Shown here piece after piece: positions 56,501 through 64,000 of a stretch of 64,000 nt of DNA; the stretch's first letter is position 1; each line of letters opens with the position of its first letter. The position numbers and the translations under genes were made by a program. The DNA is from Spirochaetota bacterium (GTDB lineage: Bacteria > Spirochaetota > UBA12135 > COTS27 > JAFLEE01): the NCBI GenBank assembly GCA_017302015.1, contig JAFLEE010000019.1:2551-66550 (forward strand). Direction: 5' to 3'. The notes under the pieces were generated by a model. It worked only from the letters and a program-made list of their open reading frames with translations, made no database searches and was not told where the DNA came from.

Positions 56501-59033
56501 TCATTTGGGGATTTCCAGGCGCAGTCCCGGACCCTCCTCCGAAATGGCGGCCATGCCCCCGATCGCCTTGGCGTAGGCGAAGAAGTCGGCCACATCGGGC
56601 GACCGCTCGAATCCCGGCGGACGCTTCGTCTCTTCGGCGCCCATCTCGAAGACGATGGCCTTCCCGGGCCCCTTGGCGATGGTCGAGACGCGGATGACAT
56701 GCCCGCGCCGCTCGATGGCATACAGGGCGGCGAGGCCCGCGTAGAGGCCATGGCGAAGATAGGTCTGGTCCGCGGTCACCGAGAGTTTCTCATCCCCCAT
56801 CACGAAGGCGTTCGATTCGGTGCCCCAAACGCGCATCGCCTTGGCGGTCACGAACTCGAGGAGGGCCTTCACGAAAAACGTCTCGGGAACGAGGAAGGGG
56901 ACGGCGCCGGGCGAGGACCTTTCGAAATGGGCGGGGAACGCTCCCGAAGCCAGCCGCGTCTGGTCGGCCTTGGCTTCGGCCACCCAGGGGGGCGGGGCCC
57001 CCAATCGCAGGGCCAGCTGGGCTTCGTAGAGGGAATCGGGGGTCACGGCGCTTCCCAGCGACTCCAAACATTCCAGGTGGTCTTCGTTGAACCGGGCCCG
57101 CTGACCGTGGAGCCCCACGATGATGGGGTTGTAGAACACATCGGCCCCGTCGTTTTTCCAGAAATCGTAGGTGGGCCCCGAGGGGCCGTCCTTCTTCCGC
57201 CCGTGGTCGAGGTTCCACACCACCATTTTCCCGAGGTGCTGGGGGAAGTCGCGCAGCCCCCCGGTGGACCCGTAGAGGGAACCCCCGTCGATGCGGTCAT
57301 AGAGCGAGAGGAAGGGCCGCCCGCTATGGCTGTCGAGGGGCTCCTCCGGGCCGATTTGGCAGCGCCAGAACACGGTGCCCACGGCCTTCTGGCTCACGCT
57401 GGGCCCGTGGATAAAATGGGCCCGGTCGTCCATCAGCCCCCCCAAGACTCCATGGGTGTAATAATTCACCCGGGGGATATGGTGCCCGGGGTTCCCGAGT
57501 ATGAAGAGGTTGAGCATGGAAACCGACGACGAGAGGTTCACGCTGACCGTCTGGCTCACGTCGGTGAACGAGCATCGCCGGACCCAGGCGTTGGCGACCC
57601 CCTTCATCTTGAGGGGGGACCAGCCCGAATCCTCCAAGTCGTTGCGATGATGGACCACCCGGTTATGGGCGTTCCCCATGAACGCGAGATCCTCGAAGCC
57701 CAATTCGGCGATGGGCGCGTGGGGCTTGAGCACCCAACCCGCCCCCGCCTTCACCGGGTAGCGCAGGGGTTCCTCGAGGTAGACGAGATCGCCCTCGATG
57801 CCGCGGATCTGGTGGATCTCCCCCGTCATGGGGGACTTCCTGAAGTTGAGCCAATCCGCGTCGGGTTCATGGGGAGCGATCATCGCGAGGAGGACCTCGA
57901 TGTTCTCGTTCATGAGGAAGAAATAGCCGCCCTTCTTCAGGCTCCGGGGATCCGAGACCCGCAGGGCCAGGGGGTTTTCGGCAAGCGTCCCCGTGACCTC
58001 CGCCAGGGTCGGACGTCCGGTAAGGGGCGCTTCTTCGGCCGGCGATTGGGCGTAGAAGACCGTGTCGCCCAGGTGGTAATGGCGGGGGTCCATGGGGCCG
58101 ACGCCGGTCTCGAAGGGATGGATTTGGTGGATGATGGATCCGCCTTCCCCGCAGCCCTCGCCCTTCAGCACGATCCCCCCGCGTCGGATGTACAGGGTCT
58201 TGCGGAGGTCCATGCGCGCATTGACGAGGTAGCGCCCCCGGGGGAAGAAGACCACCCCGCCCCCGGCCCCTTCGGCGGCGGCGATCGTCCGTTGGATGGC
58301 TTCGCCGTCGTCCGCGAGGTCATCGGGCTTCGCCCCGAAATCGGTGACGGGGAAGCGCCTTCCGCGCGCTTCGGGCAAGCTGCGCCCATGGTCGTATCCG
58401 GCGTAGGAGAAATCCGGGAGGAGCAGATCCTGTCCCTTCACCTTCGCCCGGGCGAACGCATCGAAGGCCGCCGAGGGTTTCGCGGCCGTGGAAGGGGCCG
58501 CGGGCCACGACTGGCGAACCCCGGGCGGGATGAGGGTGTCGAAGCGGTCCCCGTCGAGGGGCACGATGACCAGCAGGTGGGGGATGGCGAAGCGCCCCCC
58601 TTCCAAGCCCGGATGGCCGGGAATCCGCACCGGTCCCGCTTGGAACACGGCGCGATAGATCGAATCGGATAGACCGCCCTTGCCGAGGGACCAGGCGGCG
58701 GTGAAGCCCGTGGCGATCCAGGGCTCGGGCAACTCCACCTCGCCCACCCGCGCGGCGAACAGGTACACGGCCGCCGGCGATTTCAACGCGAGGGAGTACC
58801 CGGCGAAGGCCAGATCCGACTTGCCGCGGCCCACCGCCACCGTGGTTTGCCCCAGGAGTTGGGGCGGGCAGGCTTTCAGGGCGGTCGCCAAGCCCGTGCA
58901 CCGGGCCGTGCCCGTGGCCAGGGCCTCGATCTTCCCGCGGGTTTCGGCGGGCAGGACGAGATCGGCCTCGGGGTAGGGGTTCGGAAACGCCCAGGCGATG
59001 AGGAGGGGAGCCAACCAATGGAAGGTTTTCATC
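56501..59033 (-). CDS. Secreted parallel beta-helix glycoside hydrolase or lyase (pectate-lyase superfamily, GH55/GH28-like).
   Basis: FGAKPDDLADDGEAIQRTIAAAEGAGGGVVFFPRGRYLV matches the Pectate_lyase_3-type N-terminal motif. Signal peptide MKTFHWLAPLLIAWA. Confidence 0.55.
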
Positions 59034-59240
59034 CCCCTATCATACCGCGACAACGTCGATCGAGGCAGATCCTGCAAGACGCGTTTCCGGACCGAGTCCT
59101 GGAATTCCGCCTCAGTGTCGGTGTGCGCCCACGTTTACGGGCGGTCGATGGTCCCAAAAGCCGCCCCGGTGAATGTGCCGCCCTTCGTCTCACCGTCGCC
59201 GGCAAGGGATCCTATGTGGAGGAGGGGATGGATAGGGGAC

Positions 59241-59289
59241 CGAAAAAAATGGACCGCGCGGAAGAATCATCCCGCGCCCGCGCGGGATG
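59241..59289 (-). terminator. Rho-independent terminator downstream of 59323..59610.
   Basis: On the - strand: an 11-bp perfect stem tcatcccgcgc/gcgcgggatga, then a second small palindrome ccgcgcgg, followed directly by TTTTTTT. Confidence 0.55.
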
Positions 59290-59322
59290 AGGCCCCGGTC
59301 CGTCGGCGGCCCAGCCTATTCT

Positions 59323-59610
59323 TTATTGATCCTCGAACGCGTCCCAGATCTGCTGGGTGAAGCCCAGGCCCGCGGCCGCCTTCTGTTGGGAATGCGTGAG
59401 GCGCTCCCAATTCTGCGAGGCGGTGTCCGGGACGTTTTCCTGGCTATCCCACACCTCTTCGTTCCAGCCGAGGGCGCTCCAAAGGTCCTGCTCCTCGTGG
59501 GAGAGGTCGCGCCAATAGCAGTCTTCCCAGACCATCGGGTCTCCCTTCATATCGCGCACGGCCATGGGCAACTCCCCCTCGAACGGGTCGAGGTTTCTGG
59601 CCGGTTTCAT
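59323..59610 (-). CDS. Hypothetical small acidic Trp-rich protein (about 95 aa).
   Basis: Good GC3 codon usage and a terminator downstream. The start is ambiguous (listed TTG 59631; ATG 59610). Confidence 0.45.
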   Translation of the reverse strand: MKPARNLDPFEGELPMAVRDMKGDPMVWEDCYWRDLSHEEQDLWSALGWNEEVWDSQENVPDTASQNWERLTHSQQKAAAGLGFTQQIWDAFEDQ

Positions 59611-59750
59611 CGGACCGGCCGGTGTAGACAATACAACGCGGAAGCGGGTCTTGGCAAGGGGGAAAAAGGCGCGTCGTTCCCACAGGGGCGCCGAAGCGGA
59701 GGGCCGCCGCCTCGGCGGTCCGGGGAAGGTCTCGGGGATGGACGCTTCCC

Positions 59751-61196
59751 CTATTCCACCGTTTCCATGAGGATCGTGTCCATCACGCGGCCGCCGAGAT
59801 TGACTTCGGTGACGGCGACGAGGTGGTCCCCGGGCTTCACGAGGCCCTTCGTTTTAAGCCGCGCGATGGCGGCCTCGAAGTTCTTGGCGGAATCGTCGTG
59901 GAATTCGATGAGGAAGGGCTCGATGCCCCAGAAAAGGGCCAGGGTCGGCAGGAGCACGGGGTCGTCGGTGAAGGCGAAGACGGGCGTGCCGAGGGAGCGC
60001 TGCCAGGCGGCGTTTCGCGCCATGCTTCCCCGGCGCGTGAAGACGATGAGGGCGGCGGCCCCCACCTCCCGTGCCATGAGGCTCGCGGCCTTCACCATCT
60101 TGGCCCCCAGGCTGGGCATGCGGGCGAGCTCGGCATAGCCGGCGCCGCCGCTGCGCTCCACGCGGCGGGCGATGCGGTCCATGATCTCGAGGCAGGCCAG
60201 GGGGTAATGGCCCACCGAGGTCTCGCCCGAGTGCATGATGGCGTCGGCCTGCTCGAAGACGGCGTTGGAGACGTCGGTGATCTCGGCGCGGGTGGGGGAA
60301 GGGTTGTCGATCATGCTCTCGAGCATGTGGGTGGCCACGATCACCGGCGTGCCGGCCAGGATGCAATGCTTCACGATGCGCCGCTGGATGATGGGGAGTT
60401 CCTCGAAGGGCAGTTCGATGCCGAGGTCTCCCCGGGCCACCATGACGGCGTCGGCGGCGGCGATGATGGCGTCGAGGTTCTTCACCCCCTCCTGGTCCTC
60501 GAGTTTGGCGATGACCTTCTGGGGCGCCTTGCGGTAGTCGAGGATCGCCTTGAGTTTCAGGACATCCTCGGCCTCGCGGCAGAACGACATGGCGATATAG
60601 TCCACGCCGATGGCCATGGCGGTCTCGACGTCGAGGATGTCCTTCTCCGTGAGGGCGGGGAGCTTCACGCGCACGCCGGGCAGGTTGATATGGCGCCGGC
60701 TCCCGAGCACGCCCTCGGTGAGCACCTCGCAGGTGAGTTCGTTGCGCCGCTTCTCGAGCACCTTGAGCTTGATGTTGCCGTTGTCGACGATGACGATGTC
60801 GCCGAGGCCGATGTCCTCCACCAGGTGCTCGTAGTTCACGTCCACCGAATGGGTCTCCTCGCTCTTGGCGCCCCGCACCGTGAGGGCGATGCGATCGCCG
60901 GGCTTCAGGTCGAGGGCCGTGGGGAGGTCGCCGGTGCGGATGGCGGGGCCCTGGAGGTCCATCATGATGGCCACCTGGCGCCCGAGTTCCGCCGCGGTCT
61001 GGCGCAGGAGCCTTGTGATCGCGGCGGCGGTCTCCCCGCTGGAATGGCTCATATTGATGCGGGCCACGTCCATGCCGGCCTCGATGAGGCGGCGCAGCAA
61101 CTCGGGGGAATCGGTGGCCGGGCCGATGGTGGCGATGATCTTGGTGCGCCGAAGCGCGGGGCGGGTACTCGGGGCGGATTCGGATTCGCTTCTCAT
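59751..61196 (-). CDS. pyk: Pyruvate kinase.
   Basis: KIIATIGPA motif, MVARGDLG and other PK barrel signatures. 481 aa from ATG 61196. The alternative-frame ORF 59854..61323 is an R/P-rich shadow. Confidence 0.93.
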   Translation of the reverse strand: MRSESESAPSTRPALRRTKIIATIGPATDSPELLRRLIEAGMDVARINMSHSSGETAAAITRLLRQTAAELGRQVAIMMDLQGPAIRTGDLPTALDLKPGDRIALTVRGAKSEETHSVDVNYEHLVEDIGLGDIVIVDNGNIKLKVLEKRRNELTCEVLTEGVLGSRRHINLPGVRVKLPALTEKDILDVETAMAIGVDYIAMSFCREAEDVLKLKAILDYRKAPQKVIAKLEDQEGVKNLDAIIAAADAVMVARGDLGIELPFEELPIIQRRIVKHCILAGTPVIVATHMLESMIDNPSPTRAEITDVSNAVFEQADAIMHSGETSVGHYPLACLEIMDRIARRVERSGGAGYAELARMPSLGAKMVKAASLMAREVGAAALIVFTRRGSMARNAAWQRSLGTPVFAFTDDPVLLPTLALFWGIEPFLIEFHDDSAKNFEAAIARLKTKGLVKPGDHLVAVTEVNLGGRVMDTILMETVE

Positions 61197-61321
61197 GGCC
61201 GGGAGCTTCGATTGCCCCGGGGCGGGCGTCAACGCGCGCGCAAGCGTGGTCGCGGGGTCCTTCCGGATAATCGGGAGGGGAATATTCCTCGCATCGGCTC
61301 CTTTTCCGGGTAGAAAGGAGC

Positions 61322-63256
61322 ATGACCCGACTCCTCTCCGTGGCGCCCGCGCCCGCTCTCGTCTACGCTCCAAGCTGCCGCGGGGTGTATAATCCGCCTG
61401 CGCCCCCAGCTCCGGCGGTCCGCCCCTTGCCCACGCCCGAATCCATCCTCAAAGAAACCTTCGGCTACGACTCGTTCCGACCGCTCCAGCGCGAGATCAT
61501 CGAGCACGTCCTCGCCCGCCGCGACGCCCTGGCCATCCTGCCCACCGGCGGCGGCAAATCACTCTGCTACCAGGTGCCGGCGCTGATTTTCCCCGGCCTC
61601 ACCATCGTGGTCTCCCCCCTCATCGCGCTGATGAAAGACCAGGTGGAGCAGCTGCGCGCCGCCGGGGTGCCGGCGCTCTTCCTCAACAGCACCCTGTCCC
61701 CCGAGGAGTACGGCGCCAATATGCGGGCGGTGCGCCAGGGCGAGGTGAAGCTCCTCTATATGGCGCCCGAGACGCTGGTAACCGCACGCATCGAGTCCCT
61801 CCTCTCCGGGCTCTCCGTCGATTGCCTCACCATCGACGAGGCGCACTGCATCTCCGAATGGGGCCATGATTTCCGGCCCGAATACCGCGAAATCGCCGCG
61901 TTCCGCGAGCGCTTCCCCAACGCCGCCTGCCTGGCCCTCACGGCCACGGCCACCGTCCGCGTGCGCGAAGACATCAAGCGGGCGCTCAAACTCGCCGCCC
62001 AGCGCGAGTTCATCGCCAGTTTCGACCGCGAGAACCTCTTCATCGAGGTCCAGCCGAAGACCGAGACGAAGGCCCAACTCCTCGAATTCCTCTCCCGGTT
62101 CCCCGGCGAATCGGGCATCATCTACGGCTTCTCCCGCAAACGCGTCGACGAACTGAGCGCCTTCCTCGCCTCCCGGGGCCACGCGGTGCGCCCCTACCAC
62201 GCCGGCCTCGAAGACGAGGCGCGGCGCAAGAACCAAGAGGCCTTCATCCGCGACGATGCGCAGGTCATGGTCGCCACCATCGCCTTCGGCATGGGCATCA
62301 ATAAGCCCGACGTGCGCTTCGTCGTCCACGTCGACCTCCCCAAGAGCCTCGAGAATTACTACCAAGAAATCGGCCGGGCCGGGCGCGACGGGCTCCCCGC
62401 CCATTGCCTGCTCCTCTACACCTACGGCGACGTGGCGAAAATACGCCATTTCATCGACCAGAAGACCGGAGACGAGAAGCAGGTGGCCGCGAAGCACCTC
62501 GAGGCCATGGTGCGTTTCGCCGAAGACACGGCCTCCTGCCGCCGCAAGCCGCTCCTTGCGTATTTCGGCGAGGCCTACGAGAAGGCCGATTGCGGGCGTT
62601 GCGACCATTGCGCGGGCGGGGCCCAGGAACCCGTCGATATCACGGTGCCCGCTCAGAAATTCCTGTCATGCGTGGTGCGCACCGGCGGGCGCTTCGGCGC
62701 CTTCCATGTCACCGAGGTGCTCCTCGGCTCCCGGAGCGAGAAGGTCCTCAAATGGGGCCACGAAAAACTCAGCACCTGGGGCATCGGCGCCGAGTACGAC
62801 AAGAAACAATGGATGGAACTCTCCCAAGAACTCGTGCGCCTCGGCCTCCTGACCCAAGAGGGCGAGTACCGCATCTTGGTTCCCACCCCGAAGGCCCAAG
62901 AAGTCCTGCGGGAACGAACGCCCCTATTCGGCCGCCTCCCGGGGGCAGCGCGGCCGGCCTCCGCGCGGTCGCGCACCCGAAGCGGCGCGCCGAAGGGCGG
63001 CGAACCCCTCCCCGATTTCGATCCGGGTCTCTTCGACCTGCTCCGGAAAAAGCGGAAATCCTTCGCCGAGGCCGCCTCCGTTCCCCCCTACGTGATCTTC
63101 TCCGACCGCTCCCTCATGGAGATGGCCGGCCGCCTTCCCCGGTCCCCCGAAGCATTCCTGCGTGTCCACGGGGTCGGGCAGGTCAAGGCGGAGAAGTACG
63201 GGCAGGCGTTCCTGTCGATGATCCACGCCTGGTGCCAGGAGAATGGCCGGGCGTGA
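61322..63256 (+). CDS. recQ: ATP-dependent DNA helicase RecQ.
   Basis: ETFGYDSFRPLQ, PTGGGKSLCYQ, DEAHCISEWGHDFR, the RecQ zinc-binding CxxCDxC region, and a C-terminal HRDC-like region. The start may be downstream (GTG about 61384) because the N-terminus is extended. Confidence 0.9.
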   Translation: MTRLLSVAPAPALVYAPSCRGVYNPPAPPAPAVRPLPTPESILKETFGYDSFRPLQREIIEHVLARRDALAILPTGGGKSLCYQVPALIFPGLTIVVSPLIALMKDQVEQLRAAGVPALFLNSTLSPEEYGANMRAVRQGEVKLLYMAPETLVTARIESLLSGLSVDCLTIDEAHCISEWGHDFRPEYREIAAFRERFPNAACLALTATATVRVREDIKRALKLAAQREFIASFDRENLFIEVQPKTETKAQLLEFLSRFPGESGIIYGFSRKRVDELSAFLASRGHAVRPYHAGLEDEARRKNQEAFIRDDAQVMVATIAFGMGINKPDVRFVVHVDLPKSLENYYQEIGRAGRDGLPAHCLLLYTYGDVAKIRHFIDQKTGDEKQVAAKHLEAMVRFAEDTASCRRKPLLAYFGEAYEKADCGRCDHCAGGAQEPVDITVPAQKFLSCVVRTGGRFGAFHVTEVLLGSRSEKVLKWGHEKLSTWGIGAEYDKKQWMELSQELVRLGLLTQEGEYRILVPTPKAQEVLRERTPLFGRLPGAARPASARSRTRSGAPKGGEPLPDFDPGLFDLLRKKRKSFAEAASVPPYVIFSDRSLMEMAGRLPRSPEAFLRVHGVGQVKAEKYGQAFLSMIHAWCQENGRA

Positions 63257-63365
63257 GGGGCGAGTCGATCAGGAAGCCCGGTGAAAGCGGCGCCCGGCGC
63301 CGACCGGCATGAAGCGTCTCATCCGGGCCATTGACGCCTGAGGAGCGGTGTGGTTTCGGCGGCGC

Positions 63366-64000
63366 TCACTCATGCCCATCGGGCGATGGGGACGAATCAG
63401 ACGCCCCATGGGCGGTGCCGTCTCCGGGCCGGCCTTCGCCGACGGCCTTGGCGAGGTTTTTTTCCGACACCGTGACGGGTCCCGTCATGAACTCGGGAAG
63501 ATTGTAATTCTTCAGGAAACGATCATAATGATCCGGGGAGGCCTGCGGCAAGGGGAAGGGCTTGGATTCCCGTCCCTCGCCGTCGAGATGGAAAAAATAG
63601 GGGCGCGCCAGCCAGCCGTTATCGCGTTTGCTGCTGAAGACGATCCACCTGCCGTTTTGAGACCAGGAATGCCAGGAGTCGGCTTCGGGGCTATTGACGG
63701 CAAGTCGCCGGTGCGTCCGGTCCCTCAAATCGAGCAGCCAAAGATCGCTCCCCGGTTGGTTGGCGGGGAAGGCCCCCCAGGGAGACAGGCAGAAGAGCAC
63801 GAAGCGCCCATCCGGGGAGACCCTCGGTTCGCTGGCGCTGAGGCCGGTGCGCTCGGCGGACACCAGGGTTTCCACCGCTCCCCAGGAGCGGCTCCCGGGA
63901 TCATAGGGGGCGCGCACCAGGTCATAGCGCACCTTGTCGATGAGGCCAACCAGCGGAGCCTGGTTGGTCTTCCACGGCGGGAAGGCGCGGCAGAAATAGA
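63366..64000 (-). CDS. WD40-like beta-propeller (TolB/PD40-like) repeat protein. The N-terminal part lies beyond the window end.
   Basis: PD40-like repeats (DGRFVLFCL, NGRWIVFSS, WLLDL). The ORF is open to position 64000. Confidence 0.5.
   Translation of the reverse strand, partial: YFCRAFPPWKTNQAPLVGLIDKVRYDLVRAPYDPGSRSWGAVETLVSAERTGLSASEPRVSPDGRFVLFCLSPWGAFPANQPGSDLWLLDLRDRTHRRLAVNSPEADSWHSWSQNGRWIVFSSKRDNGWLARPYFFHLDGEGRESKPFPLPQASPDHYDRFLKNYNLPEFMTGPVTVSEKNLAKAVGEGRPGDGTAHGASDSSPSPDGHE

Noticed and set aside
1-64000. Transposase or IS elements, tRNA or rRNA genes, prophage
   Set aside because: No transposase-like ORF, inverted-repeat-flanked IS, tRNA cloverleaf-like conserved blocks or phage structural genes were recognised by eye. 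Absence cannot be proven without tRNAscan or ISfinder.

Overview
64 kb window in two parts. (A) Positions 1-4902 are an integron read directly from the sequence. An integron-integrase gene (intI, + strand, 3670..4902) carries the IntI-specific motif 'LERKYPGAGLEWPWFYVFPS' and the tyrosine-recombinase catalytic residues. Upstream of it lies an AT-rich (about 35-40% GC) cassette array on the opposite strand that runs off the left edge. The array holds at least six cassettes separated by GTTRRRY/RYYYAAC-bounded attC sites. Three cassettes carry ORFs of unknown function (166-214 aa). One cassette has no ORF. One 253-254-bp cassette is present twice. Three of the attC sites are very long (203-211 bp), highly structured, about 85% identical, and show compensatory stem mutations. 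(B) Positions 4903-64000 are roughly 67% GC chromosomal DNA from a carbohydrate-degrading bacterium (phylum not determinable from sequence alone). Part B encodes many glycoside hydrolases and polysaccharide lyases: GH2-like, GH51 arabinofuranosidase, clan GH-A hydrolases, heparinase II/III-like lyase, GH88/GH105-like hydrolase and parallel beta-helix proteins. Part B also has a KduD/Zn-ADH/RraA/IclR uronate-type cluster, four AraC regulators, one LacI regulator, a SemiSWEET-like transporter, an MFS transporter, divergent c-type cytochromes with a DUF420 protein, and the housekeeping genes acs, pyk and recQ. High-GC antisense 'shadow' ORFs are abundant and were not called. No rRNA, tRNA, CRISPR or transposase was recognised.
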